Positions 1 through 9,736 are shown, counted from the stretch's first letter. The stretch is 48,664 nucleotides of DNA from a virus (IMGVR_UViG_3300037470_000325:1-48664), one strand, 5' to 3'. Numbers and translations are program-made. The notes: a model not told the origin generated them from the sequence alone.

Positions 1-127
1 GCTCCGGGGGTTGAGGTGGTTGATTTCACCGCCGTTGATCTCTCTGAGTATGAGGACGATCAGCTCTTTGCTTGGGTTTATCTGCAGGATGCATCTAAGG
101 TTTCAAGTATAGACCTCAGGTGGGGTT
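1..127. repeat. Terminal direct repeat, left copy (circular assembly overlap)
   Basis: Bases 1-127 are identical to 48538-48664. An ORF reads in frame across the join. Confidence 0.97.
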
Positions 128-684
128 CGGCATCAAATGCCTACTACCAAAGGAATGTCACTACCACGAATGAAGGACTTGATTTACAGGACGGCTGGAA
201 CCTACTCCGCTTTGATTGGGACTCCTCTGTCACTACCTCAGGCTCTCCGGACATAGAGAACATTGACTATCTGGCCATCATACTGAACCTCGGTTCAGCA
301 CTTGCCACAGAGGTTACGGATTGGCGTATAGATGCTGTTATCGCGCGCAGAGGGGTGATTCACGATGTGCTTTATTATTCGAAGTACCTTTGGCAGACAT
401 CGGCTGGAGTATATATTGAGAATTCAACGGCCGACACGGATCTTCTGAATGTCGATACAGAAGAGCTCAACATCATTTTGAAGAGGATTGACTACCTTGT
501 CGCGAGGTCTTTGAAGAATAAGGACGATATAGTTTTAACCAAAGGAGAGTATGAGAAAGCGGTCGAATATTATCATATGATGGTTTACCCATCAGAAGCG
601 TTATTGCCGGTAACAACCACTCACAGATTCCAATCTGCTGAAGGTGATCTGGCATCCAATGACGTAATTAACCGAGATTCATAA
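1..684 (+). CDS. 3' part of putative head-tail adaptor/connector protein (starts at 48001 and wraps the join, 406 aa in total)
   Basis: 48001-48537 is 179 codons and continues in frame into 1-684. The gene lies between the nozzle-like gene and the ejection proteins. Confidence 0.6.
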   Translation, partial: APGVEVVDFTAVDLSEYEDDQLFAWVYLQDASKVSSIDLRWGSASNAYYQRNVTTTNEGLDLQDGWNLLRFDWDSSVTTSGSPDIENIDYLAIILNLGSALATEVTDWRIDAVIARRGVIHDVLYYSKYLWQTSAGVYIENSTADTDLLNVDTEELNIILKRIDYLVARSLKNKDDIVLTKGEYEKAVEYYHMMVYPSEALLPVTTTHRFQSAEGDLASNDVINRDS

Positions 685-686
685 TT

Positions 687-2168
687 ATGGCCACACCACT
701 TACACAAGCAGAGCTCGAGAAGATTGCCAGTCAGGATTTCGTTAATCCTGATATAGCTTCAGCTATTAAGAAGCAAGGGTCTGGATACACAGATGCCGAA
801 TGGGCAGCTATTGAAAGTTCTTCCGGTATTAGTAAAACCGATTCCACAGACGAGGTTCAAAGAAAGAGCACCCGAAACGCACAGGAGGCAGCTGCGATGA
901 TTGGTGGAACCTTTGAGCAAGGGTACTTTGATGCCGAAGGAAACCTCCAAGGGGGCTTTACCCCAGGTGTTGGTACTGCTGATCAGTTCATGACGGACCT
1001 CTCGAGTATGGGACTTGATCCATACGGAAGCGAGTTCGGCAGTCTGAGTGATTTCAATACATTTAAGAATGCTATTCAACCGTCAGGTGGTCGTCCGGCT
1101 CCACTCAACAGAGTTTCACTCTTTGAAGAGCTCAAGGAGGAGGCCGGTATTGATAACCTACAGGACAAGCTTGGAGAACTCGAGGACCAGCGCCAGCTTT
1201 TGATGGATAACTTTGAGGAGTTCATTCCTAGGGAAATGGAAGGGCAGTCCTTAGGCTTCGCCACAGGCAGGGTTTCAGAGGAGGAGAGAAACGTCCAGAA
1301 CAGGATGCGAATGCTCGACAGGCAGATGAACACCTTGCAAAGGCAACTTTCCACAAAACTCGACACGATCAACACCTACATGAATCTCTACAGTCTTGAC
1401 TACCAGGACGCGGAGAACAGGTACAACCAGGAGTTTTCGCAGAACCTACAGCTTGTGTCGGGTTATATGTCGATGGTCAACCAACAGCTTTCCATTCAGG
1501 AGAAACAGCGCGCCATCACTGAGGCGAACTACAACACTATTGTTAACGCCATAACCGGACAAGACCTATCTAAGGTTTCATCTAGCACTATTTCTAAACT
1601 TAATCAGTTTGAGCTTGAGCTTGGCCTACCGCAAGGACTTTACGAGATGATTGCGGATGAATTAAAGATATTGAAATCAGGCACATCAACTGATGCTTCA
1701 GGTAATGAATTCGCTTGGATAATGACTCAAGGAGAGGGTGGCCAGCCTGAGGTTATGCAAATACCGACAGGCGGTTCCGGAGGAGGAGGATCTGACACTG
1801 ACAGCAGAAATGAATTTATTGATGCCCAGGCGTTTGCAAATGAGTTTAAAGGTTCTGATGAAGAGCTAAAGGCAATACTTTTGCGTGATACAGAAGACCT
1901 TTCTGTTACTGATATAAATTCAATCATAGCCAGTCGCAATAAACCTGAAGTCCAGACTATATCCCAACCAAAAGCGGAAATGACAGCTAAAACATTAATT
2001 GAAAAATCTTTTGAGAAATTTTTTGAATGGTCAAGAGAAGAAGAGTTTAGGATAGCACGAAATAAAGCCAGGGCATTGCTTGATCAATCAGAGACTCTAA
2101 CCGAGGCTGACAAGCAAATGATACTTAGCATAATGAATAGCTTAACCGTAGACGACATAAGCATATGA
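687..2168 (+). CDS. Putative internal virion/ejection protein (coiled-coil, Gly-rich linker)
   Basis: 493 aa, helical and Q/E-rich. Its position after the tail genes and before a giant ORF is typical of podovirus ejection proteins. Confidence 0.5.
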   Translation: MATPLTQAELEKIASQDFVNPDIASAIKKQGSGYTDAEWAAIESSSGISKTDSTDEVQRKSTRNAQEAAAMIGGTFEQGYFDAEGNLQGGFTPGVGTADQFMTDLSSMGLDPYGSEFGSLSDFNTFKNAIQPSGGRPAPLNRVSLFEELKEEAGIDNLQDKLGELEDQRQLLMDNFEEFIPREMEGQSLGFATGRVSEEERNVQNRMRMLDRQMNTLQRQLSTKLDTINTYMNLYSLDYQDAENRYNQEFSQNLQLVSGYMSMVNQQLSIQEKQRAITEANYNTIVNAITGQDLSKVSSSTISKLNQFELELGLPQGLYEMIADELKILKSGTSTDASGNEFAWIMTQGEGGQPEVMQIPTGGSGGGGSDTDSRNEFIDAQAFANEFKGSDEELKAILLRDTEDLSVTDINSIIASRNKPEVQTISQPKAEMTAKTLIEKSFEKFFEWSREEEFRIARNKARALLDQSETLTEADKQMILSIMNSLTVDDISI

Positions 2169-5100
2169 TTTCATTTACCGATTTTAGAAAGAAACTTTCT
2201 TCAGGCGTTGGGAAAATAGCCGAGGCAGCTTCGAGCTTTGTTCGTAAATCCAATAGCACTTTTGATTACGACAATAAGTTCACCAACCTGCTTTCTCAGA
2301 GTAACTTTAACGTTTTCCGAAGTAAAAAGGCGGTTGCCGAAAAACCTTCATTTAGTGTCAGTTTCCTTCCGGCGTTTAAGAAAACTTTTGAAACAACTTC
2401 AGGCATCACCGGAGCGAATCTGCTAAAGTCGGTTAAATCAGGACTCCAAGAGAGACTTGGGGGTACGAAGTTCTTCAGGGAGGCGGCTGAAGGCATAGAT
2501 ATTCAAGGCGGTAATTTTGGAGAGGAGCTGACTAAAAATCTTCAGCCAGCAGGCAAGTTAATAGACTTCTTAAATAGTAAACCTGGAATAAAATTTACGG
2601 GAAAAGTGACCGAGCACACGGAGAGCCTTGCAGTTAAGACAACTCTTGCAATTGCTACGTCTCCTCACTGGATTAGAAACTTTGATGAAGGAAAGAAGGT
2701 CTATCAAAAAGCCATATCTGACTATGAGAAAAGCAGGGATAGGGCGCTTTCTGATCCCGAAACATCTTTAGCTAAAAAGTTCTTGTTTCAAATTGAACGT
2801 TCCGGACCTCAGACACTTTTAGGAACTTTGGCTTTTATGTCAACCACAGCGTTAACGCGTAATCCCGTTCTGGGTTCGGCAGTGGCTATGCCGTTTTTTG
2901 CCGCCCTGTCAGCCGAAGAGCAGCGTCAGGAAAAGGGAAAGATTGGAGTTACAGAACTTCAAAATATAGGGATTGACACCATAGGAGACACCGTATTAGG
3001 AACCACTCTTTATGGGTTATTCAGCAAGGTCGGAAGCAATATAGGAATTAACGCTATAAAAGCTTTTGGAACGGAGGGAGGAACAGAAGTCGCTCAAACT
3101 CTTTTAAGGTACGCAAATGATTTCAGGTCGGCAGAAACCCGTGAAGAAAAAAACTCCATTATGGAAAAAGCTAAAAACTATGTGACTAGTGGAGAAATGG
3201 CCTTGGAGTTCGGAATGGGAGGTACGATCGGAGGTGGTATCAGCGTTGTTTCACAAGTATCGGGCGAAGCTGGCGAAGCCATAGCGGAGCAATTTGAAGA
3301 AGCATCTAAAGCTGGTACTGAACGAGGGTTCATTAGAATTGGTCCAGATGAGTCAGGCATCCCTCCTGAACTTAAACCCCTTGCAGAAGAAGCAAGGAAG
3401 TTTGATAGTGTGGACGATTTTATCAACAGCCAACTTGATTTTATAAAGAATCGGGGATACTATGGAATTGATGACACAGCAAATAAACTTGGTGGACGTC
3501 AAGGAGATGCTCCGGGGCAAGAAATACTCGGAACTATCCCAAGAGGAAAAGGACAAAGTAGTCCAAGAAGTCTTGAAGCAGATAGAAGCCTCCTCGCAAG
3601 AGTAGTAAACGATTCTCCTGACGGTTTTACAATAAATCTAAAGGGCAAGCCTGTTACTAACGGCTTTGCCTTTTCTCCTTATAAAAATAGAGAGGCTGTT
3701 TTAGATAGTGTAGACGCAAAGTCTATAGACAGCTTTCTTTCAAAAAACGAAGACCTGTTATTTCAAGACGGGCATTTTTTAGGTGGGTGGAGAAATGCAG
3801 ACGATGGGAAGTTCTATTTGGACATTTCTGTTGTTGACCCTAATAAGTTTAGAGCATTGGAAAGGGCTTTGAAGAACGACCAGATAGCTATTTTTGACCT
3901 CACAAAAGGAGAAGAGCTTAAAACAGTTGACACCTTAAAATCCCAACTAAAAGCAGAGTGGGATGGGGTTAGGGGGGATAAAGTCCAACCAACAGCTACA
4001 CTAAAAGATGTTGGACTACAAAAAGAACCAGCACCTTTTGTTAGAAAACGAGAAACAACTTTACTTAAAGACAGGATTAGAAATATTGCCAGGGGTGCCC
4101 GTGAAGCAACCTCATTTACAAAAAACCAGATTCAACAGGTCCAAGCTGATTTAATTGAGATTCTTGAGGAGTCTAACTTATCGCCTCAAGACAGGGACAA
4201 GTTTCGTAGGGCAATTAAAAATATCCAAACTCCGCAACAACTTGAGGAGGCTCTACCTGAGATTGAACAGAGGATATCGTCTTTGGAAACAAAGGCAGAA
4301 AAAAGAGGGCTTAAAACAGACATCGTTAAATTATTGAAACAAACCAAGCCTAAAAAACAAGGAAATAAGCCGGTTGGTAAGTTTACGCCAGGGATTCAAA
4401 ATATCTTAGACAAAGCGAGGAGCGCTTTAAAGCTAACCCAGGATGAAGCTGGTGCTAAAATCGGGGAAAATCTTGATAAATATAAAGGCCAGATCACCCC
4501 CGTAGAAGTGGCAGTTGAAAACGAAATACTCAATATGGTTTCGGATATGGAGAATCGCACTGTTGAGGAGTTGCAAAGAACACTAGAGACACTAACGGCA
4601 CTAGTTGACGAAGGGCGGATGATAAACGAACTTAAGAAGTTTAATGTTCAAGAGGAAATAAGCCGGGCTAAAGGTGTGGTGTTAGAGTCGGTTGGCGGAC
4701 AAACTGAGGGCAGACAAACAACAGGCAGGATCAGACGGACGGCACTGGAGAGAATTAGAGCCGAACTTAAAACATTAGGCACACACTTTGTGCTTGACTG
4801 GTATGGGTTGATGCAAACCTTGGATTGGAATATGCCAGTTACCAACAAAAGAATGACTCGCCTGTTTTCGGTTCAGGCGCAAGAAAATAAATACAAAGAG
4901 TTGCAAGCCGGATATGTCTTTTTACAAAACGAGAGCATTGCCAAGATCTTTGGAATTACCCGAGAGGGTGGTGTTTTGGGGGAGTTTAAATTTAATCGTG
5001 AGGTAAGTAAAAAAATAACGGAGCTATCTTCAGAAGAGGTTAGTTTGGGTACATTCAAGAATCGCACAGGACAGGAGGTTGAAATGAAAATGACCCGGGG

Positions 5101-6853
5101 AGAGATGATGTATTGGTGGGGGCAATTACAGGATCCGACCCTTAAAGAGTCTTTTGAAAAAGGCAATGATTTCACTCAAGAAATAGTGGAAGCAATTGAT
5201 AACGAAGCAACTGACCAAGAAAAAGAATATGTCAGGTTTGTTGTTAAAAGTATGCTTCGAGACCAGTATGGTGCTGTAAACGAGGTTTACAGAGAAATTA
5301 ACGGAGTTGACTTGCCTTTTAATGAAAACTATCTGCCCGTATCCCGTGAAGGGTTCCACATAGATGAAGATGTTATTTTCGGACAGTTGGGAGAAGACAT
5401 AGAGTTCCGTAAAGCCCTTTCTCCGAGTGCCACTAAATCAAGAGTCCAGACTAACTTGCCAATCAAAAAGCAAAACATCTTTGAGGTGGTTGATAGGCAT
5501 TTTACCGAAACAAACTACTATACCGCATGGGCTGAAAGGCTGCGGGTTATCGCGGGAGTATTTTCGGATAGTCGAGTTCAGCAGAACATTCGTGAAGAGT
5601 TCACACCTGCTTTGGCCAGAGAGATAAACAACAAAATCGCTGATTTTGTCAGCCGTGGTAATCGGGCGATTCGCTCCTATAAGTCAGTCGATTGGTTTAG
5701 AAGAAAGTTTACATTAGGTGCTCTGATGATTAAACCGGCGATTGGTATAAAGCAGTTGGTTTCAACCGTAGCATACCTTGAAGAACTCGGTCCGGTTGAG
5801 TTTACTGAGGGTGTCGCGGATTTTTGGTCTAATCCAATAGAGAACGCTAGGATACTGAACGAGGAATCAGTAATGATAAAAGAAAGAGGTTCAAACATTG
5901 AACGAGACATCAAACTTGCCATGAGAACAGACGAGTTTTCCAGATTTAATAAGCTTCAAAGTTGGACAAATCTCTCCATGCTTAATGTTCGTTTGGGGGA
6001 TAAGGGGGCTATCCTGACTGGTGCTTGGGCCATGCGAAAGGCCGGCTTAAAAGCTGGTAAAGACCTTGAAACTGTTATCAGGGAGTATGAAAATTTTTCA
6101 AGTGCCACCCAGCAATCTTCAGATCTATCTCGACTTTCGGCGGTCCAGACCGGCTCGGCCATAGAAAAGATATTTACAATGTTTTTATCATCTCCGAGGC
6201 AATACCTGCAAAAGGAGGTTTTGGCGGTGCAGTCGTTGTTTCAGAAGGGAGGAACCGACACTAAAAACGTCAAAAAGGTTGCTAGAGTCATGTTTATTTA
6301 TCATGTGCTCTTGCCGGTGGTGTTTCAATACATCGCCAACTTCGGCCGTTTAGATGAAGAATCACGCAAAGAATATCTAAGGTCTGGACTATTAGGGTCT
6401 ATCAACGGTCTCTTTATAGCAGGAGAGGTGGTAGATAGTGTGCTCAGAACCGCTTTAGGACTAAGAACATTTGATATAGACATGCCAATTATTTCTGACA
6501 TTCAAAAAGAAATAACCAAGGTGTTTTCCAACTTAACTGAAGAAGATATAACATCAGAAGACATGATGGATGCTGTTGAGGGGATTGCAGGGTTGGGGCA
6601 GATTACCGGCTTACCGACTGAGCAAGCCTTACTCCTTACTAAAGGATTTGGGGATATTCTTGAGGGGGACTTCAAAAAAGGTGTCGCTGAGGTCTTAGGA
6701 TGGTCAGAGTATTCTGTTACCGGTGGTAAGAAAGAGAAGGAAGCTGAGGCCTTAAACGTGGACGACATCTTAAAAGACATAGGCAAAGAAACCGAATCCG
6801 TTCTTGACGTTGATCAGATTCTAAAAGACATAGATAAGGAATTGGCTCTTTAA
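2165..6853 (+). CDS. Large internal virion/ejection protein with an embedded accessory domain
   Basis: 1562 aa. It has Gly/Ala-rich hydrophobic N-terminal segments, a long helical body, a compact alpha/beta segment at about nt 3607-3920, and a duplicated acidic C-terminal motif (LNVDDILKDIGKE / LDVDQILKDIDKE). Confidence 0.6.
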   Translation: MISFTDFRKKLSSGVGKIAEAASSFVRKSNSTFDYDNKFTNLLSQSNFNVFRSKKAVAEKPSFSVSFLPAFKKTFETTSGITGANLLKSVKSGLQERLGGTKFFREAAEGIDIQGGNFGEELTKNLQPAGKLIDFLNSKPGIKFTGKVTEHTESLAVKTTLAIATSPHWIRNFDEGKKVYQKAISDYEKSRDRALSDPETSLAKKFLFQIERSGPQTLLGTLAFMSTTALTRNPVLGSAVAMPFFAALSAEEQRQEKGKIGVTELQNIGIDTIGDTVLGTTLYGLFSKVGSNIGINAIKAFGTEGGTEVAQTLLRYANDFRSAETREEKNSIMEKAKNYVTSGEMALEFGMGGTIGGGISVVSQVSGEAGEAIAEQFEEASKAGTERGFIRIGPDESGIPPELKPLAEEARKFDSVDDFINSQLDFIKNRGYYGIDDTANKLGGRQGDAPGQEILGTIPRGKGQSSPRSLEADRSLLARVVNDSPDGFTINLKGKPVTNGFAFSPYKNREAVLDSVDAKSIDSFLSKNEDLLFQDGHFLGGWRNADDGKFYLDISVVDPNKFRALERALKNDQIAIFDLTKGEELKTVDTLKSQLKAEWDGVRGDKVQPTATLKDVGLQKEPAPFVRKRETTLLKDRIRNIARGAREATSFTKNQIQQVQADLIEILEESNLSPQDRDKFRRAIKNIQTPQQLEEALPEIEQRISSLETKAEKRGLKTDIVKLLKQTKPKKQGNKPVGKFTPGIQNILDKARSALKLTQDEAGAKIGENLDKYKGQITPVEVAVENEILNMVSDMENRTVEELQRTLETLTALVDEGRMINELKKFNVQEEISRAKGVVLESVGGQTEGRQTTGRIRRTALERIRAELKTLGTHFVLDWYGLMQTLDWNMPVTNKRMTRLFSVQAQENKYKELQAGYVFLQNESIAKIFGITREGGVLGEFKFNREVSKKITELSSEEVSLGTFKNRTGQEVEMKMTRGEMMYWWGQLQDPTLKESFEKGNDFTQEIVEAIDNEATDQEKEYVRFVVKSMLRDQYGAVNEVYREINGVDLPFNENYLPVSREGFHIDEDVIFGQLGEDIEFRKALSPSATKSRVQTNLPIKKQNIFEVVDRHFTETNYYTAWAERLRVIAGVFSDSRVQQNIREEFTPALAREINNKIADFVSRGNRAIRSYKSVDWFRRKFTLGALMIKPAIGIKQLVSTVAYLEELGPVEFTEGVADFWSNPIENARILNEESVMIKERGSNIERDIKLAMRTDEFSRFNKLQSWTNLSMLNVRLGDKGAILTGAWAMRKAGLKAGKDLETVIREYENFSSATQQSSDLSRLSAVQTGSAIEKIFTMFLSSPRQYLQKEVLAVQSLFQKGGTDTKNVKKVARVMFIYHVLLPVVFQYIANFGRLDEESRKEYLRSGLLGSINGLFIAGEVVDSVLRTALGLRTFDIDMPIISDIQKEITKVFSNLTEEDITSEDMMDAVEGIAGLGQITGLPTEQALLLTKGFGDILEGDFKKGVAEVLGWSEYSVTGGKKEKEAEALNVDDILKDIGKETESVLDVDQILKDIDKELAL
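3435..3463 (+). promoter_or_regulatory. Internal sigma70-like promoter TTGATT-N17-TACTAT
   Basis: -35 at 3435-3440, 17-nt spacer, -10 at 3458-3463. An ATG follows 7 nt later at 3471. Confidence 0.55.
3471..3605 (+). CDS. Nested out-of-frame 44-aa helical protein (MTQQINLVDVKEMLRGKKYSELSQEEKDKVVQEVLKQIEASSQE)
   Basis: ATG 3471 to TAG 3603-3605 in the +1 frame relative to the giant ORF. The product is amphipathic and protein-like, and the start is positioned for leaderless translation. Confidence 0.5.
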   Translation: MTQQINLVDVKEMLRGKKYSELSQEEKDKVVQEVLKQIEASSQE

Positions 6854-7014
6854 TCCCATTCCAAAACATCAACCACAAAATAAGCACCAGCCATGTACCC
6901 TAGAATCGCCAAAACAACACTTAAAACAAAGCTCCCTAGCCAGATGGCAGTAGCCACCAAGGGGACCACCGTAAACGCCAAAACTATTAAACCTCCAAGT
7001 AAATATTCTTTCAT
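6850..7014 (-). CDS. 54-aa two-TM membrane protein (moron-like; superinfection-exclusion candidate)
   Basis: MKEYLLGGLIVLAFTVVPLVATAIWLGSFVLSVVLAILGYMAGAYFVVDVLEWD. Its stop overlaps the stop of the giant ORF, and it has its own promoter. Confidence 0.65.
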   Translation of the reverse strand: MKEYLLGGLIVLAFTVVPLVATAIWLGSFVLSVVLAILGYMAGAYFVVDVLEWD

Positions 7015-7021
7015 TGCCCCC

Positions 7022-7049
7022 AGTATATACCATACCTATGGGCTGTCAA
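7022..7049 (-). promoter_or_regulatory. sigma70-like promoter TTGACA-N16-TATACT containing the CCATAGGTATGG palindrome
   Basis: The minus strand reads ttgaca gcccataggtatggta tatact. The ATG follows 7 nt after the -10. Confidence 0.7.
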
Positions 7050-7080
7050 GTGGTAGTTATCAATCTATTAATTAAAAAAT

Positions 7081-8097
7081 ATGAGAAAACTAAGAATACT
7101 TATTTACACAAATAGAGATGTTAAAAAGCTTGAAGAGTACGGCAAGAAGCATGTTGATTTTATCAAAGAGCCTTTGGGTAGGATTGGTTGGACCAATTAC
7201 AGAGACTATCGGATTCCCAACAACCTGGAGAAGCTGGGAGCCAGGGCTTGGGAGAAATACGGCATGTCTATAGACGGCATCATGGTCATCCCGGATGATT
7301 GGGAGAACGGCAAGAAGAAGATCAACGGCGTACACCTCGGAGTTACCTTTTCTAGCTATCAGGTTACTCTGGTTAAAGACACTCGGAAGTATTACGAGGT
7401 CGCTATGCACGAGATTAAGCACATGCTCGATAACCTCATGCGCACCTATCACAAGATATCAGCCGAGGCTATTGTCGGGGTCCGGGATTGGGATGATGAC
7501 GTGGTTCACGACAAGCACAACCGGTATTACTTTGAGTATCAACTTGAGCAGATCTGGCCGTATGTGGAGAAGGTCATCGAGCGTAGGCGTTTGTACGACA
7601 AGCTAAGCGCCATCGCCAAAGCCCTGGAAGCTTTACTAGTTATAATTGCACAACGAAATATGAAAGAGAAAGTCACACCTGAAACAGACTCAAAGGTCTA
7701 TAAGTACGCTAAAGGTTACATCGGACGGGATGCCTCCCCCAGAGACCTTGTTTCTGATGCCCTGGGGTGCGCTGAGTCGCTTTCTACGCTCTTAAGGGAG
7801 TTAGACCCCACCTTTCCCCTAGTGACAGGCACCTGGAGCCTCTACGACGTATTTGAGGCCCGAAGCGACTGGCAGAGAGTCACGGATCCTGAGATTGGAG
7901 ATATCATCCTCTCAGTCACTGGAATGGGCAATGGCAGAATATCAAACGGCCACACGGGGGTGATCTCCGACAACAATAGAATCATGTCGAATAACAGCAA
8001 TACCGGTCTTTGGGATGAACATCTCAATATGGACTGGTGGCATGATTATTATGGTCGAAAGGGTGGTTACCCGATTTATTATTATCGTAAGAACTAA
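7081..8097 (+). CDS. Putative endolysin: N-terminal HEXXH metallopeptidase-like domain plus C-terminal CHAP/NlpC-like Cys-His amidase
   Basis: HEIKH motif; GCAESLS...GDIILS...GHTGVI...MSNNS. A holin-like gene follows immediately. Confidence 0.65.
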   Translation: MRKLRILIYTNRDVKKLEEYGKKHVDFIKEPLGRIGWTNYRDYRIPNNLEKLGARAWEKYGMSIDGIMVIPDDWENGKKKINGVHLGVTFSSYQVTLVKDTRKYYEVAMHEIKHMLDNLMRTYHKISAEAIVGVRDWDDDVVHDKHNRYYFEYQLEQIWPYVEKVIERRRLYDKLSAIAKALEALLVIIAQRNMKEKVTPETDSKVYKYAKGYIGRDASPRDLVSDALGCAESLSTLLRELDPTFPLVTGTWSLYDVFEARSDWQRVTDPEIGDIILSVTGMGNGRISNGHTGVISDNNRIMSNNSNTGLWDEHLNMDWWHDYYGRKGGYPIYYYRKN

Positions 8098-8101
8098 TAC
8101 C

Positions 8102-8302
8102 ATGTTTCAAACTTTCTCTATGGCAGGCACCGGTTGGTTGGTTTTGTTGGTCGGTGTTATTGCTAAAAGTCTCGAGCTTGATATTGATGACGGGCAGATC
8201 ACAGAGCTTGCTAACGCAGTTCTGCTTCTCGTTGGATTTCTTACTGCTGTCGTAGGACAGCTTCGTAGGAAGGATCTCACTTTAGGTATCCTAAGGAAGT
8301 AG
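8102..8302 (+). CDS. Putative holin (2 TM, basic C-terminus)
   Basis: 66 aa from ATG 8102, with two hydrophobic segments and a RRKDLTLGILRK tail. Adjacent to the endolysin. Confidence 0.65.
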   Translation: MFQTFSMAGTGWLVLLVGVIAKSLELDIDDGQITELANAVLLLVGFLTAVVGQLRRKDLTLGILRK

Positions 8303-8374
8303 CTCCATAGGGGAGGGAGGCGAGTGCCTCTCCTGATGGGGATAGTCCCCACAGTTCTTTGACAAGGATGAATC

Positions 8375-8491
8375 ATGCGACAGCTCTGCGAAGATTTGTA
8401 CTTCGTTGGGGCGGTCGTCTTTGCCCTGACCTGTGTCCTCATCCGACTGACGATTGACGCCCTGAAAGGAGCGTGGAATGGACATCAGTAA
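8375..8491 (+). CDS. 38-aa single-TM hypothetical protein
   Basis: MRQLCEDLYFVGAVVFALTCVLIRLTIDALKGAWNGHQ, preceded by AAGGA. Confidence 0.4.
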   Translation: MRQLCEDLYFVGAVVFALTCVLIRLTIDALKGAWNGHQ

Positions 8492-8990
8492 GTGCCTTAT
8501 CGCAATCTTTGCTTTCCTGGTGTCCGTCTGTGTGACGCTCCCAGGGAACGCAGAGTTCCAACCCGCAACCCACAACTTCTCGTCTTACGAAGTGTTCGTG
8601 GATGAGAACTTCTGTCCTGGTGCTACTCCACTTTTCGTGGACTCGCTCGGACACGACAGGTTGCTCGGTATCTTCGCTGGGTATGCGGTCATCACGCACC
8701 CTGACGAAGCCCCGTACATCCTCACGAATGTCTTGGTGGTGGCGGTGGACTCAACCTACAAGCGAGGGAGAGAGATTTCTTCCGTCTTGTGGCATGAGTG
8801 CCAGCACTACCGCCAAAGCCTCGCTCACAGCGACTACTTCGCTTTCAAGAAAGCGTATCAGAACGAAAGGTACGCCAAGCGTGTCGAGTGGCAAGCCCAC
8901 AAGGTACACGAAATGAGAGAGAACATCACGGTCGCCAAACTCGGAGACGAGACTTCTCCCCGAACTGGCTACTTGGTGAGCTTTCAATAG
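8478..8990 (+). CDS. Exported HEXXH zinc-metallopeptidase-like protein
   Basis: N-terminal signal-like hydrophobic stretch, WHECQH motif, AAGGAG ribosome-binding site. Confidence 0.55.
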   Translation: MDISKCLIAIFAFLVSVCVTLPGNAEFQPATHNFSSYEVFVDENFCPGATPLFVDSLGHDRLLGIFAGYAVITHPDEAPYILTNVLVVAVDSTYKRGREISSVLWHECQHYRQSLAHSDYFAFKKAYQNERYAKRVEWQAHKVHEMRENITVAKLGDETSPRTGYLVSFQ

Positions 8991-8997
8991 AGGAGTT

Positions 8998-9282
8998 ATG
9001 AGCCGAAAGAGAACCTGGCCGAAGTACAAGAGGATGAGGACGGTCAAGGTTCCCAGAGAGATTCGGGGGACTCACGACCGCCACCACAGGCTTCCGAAGA
9101 GTCGAGGGGGTCAAGCAACCCCCGACAACATCTCGGTGGTCCCGAAGGATAAGCATCGCCTCTACAACCAGCTGTTTGGAGGAGACGCTACGCCTTACGA
9201 GGTGGCTCGTATCCTGAACGAAGTGTGGATCTCAACCAACTACCGACTGGAGGTTCGCCGTGTGGCATCCACTTCAGATTAA
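8998..9282 (+). CDS. Small HNH-like nuclease
   Basis: DRHHRLPKSRGGQATPDNISVV...H pattern; GAGGAG ribosome-binding site. Confidence 0.55.
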   Translation: MSRKRTWPKYKRMRTVKVPREIRGTHDRHHRLPKSRGGQATPDNISVVPKDKHRLYNQLFGGDATPYEVARILNEVWISTNYRLEVRRVASTSD

Positions 9283-9484
9283 CTGCCCTGAGTGCAAGCA
9301 GGCTGTCGTCTTCCGAGCCATCGCTTTCAATGTCGAGGGCGGTATCGGAGTGGAGGGCATCTGCCTGACCCCAGGGTGCAAGACGCACCTGGAACGCAAG
9401 GTGGTTTCGTTCGAAGCCAACTTCGCCTCCGTCATCGCTGACTGCGCTGTCAACAACGCCAACCAGCACTTCGTGGAGAACTGA
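9260..9484 (+). CDS. Zn-ribbon hypothetical protein
   Basis: CPEC...CLTPGC; GGAGG ribosome-binding site before the GTG. Confidence 0.5.
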   Translation: MWHPLQINCPECKQAVVFRAIAFNVEGGIGVEGICLTPGCKTHLERKVVSFEANFASVIADCAVNNANQHFVEN

Positions 9485-9562
9485 TGTGGATTGAACACCG
9501 CAAGGGAGTCACCGCCATTCCTGTCGACTCGAAGTCGAGAAGCGGTTGAGGGAGGAGCTCCG

Positions 9563-9736
9563 ATGAAGGTCTACTACAACCGGAAGTCGGGGATCATCCA
9601 GCTCAGGGACGGCAGGAGAAGGACCACGACCTACGCGCCGGATAAGCGCGAAGAAGCCTATGTCGCCATCCGGAGACAGTTCGGCAAGGCGCTCGGAGGT
9701 GTGATCGTGGACGACCTGAAGAAGAAGCTCGCATGA
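9563..9736 (+). CDS. Small basic hypothetical protein
   Basis: ATG 9563 follows GGAGGAG; 57 aa. Confidence 0.5.
   Translation: MKVYYNRKSGIIQLRDGRRRTTTYAPDKREEAYVAIRRQFGKALGGVIVDDLKKKLA

Noticed and set aside
6893-7075. Plus-strand 60-aa ORF
   Set aside because: It is the shadow of the minus-strand membrane gene and its promoter.
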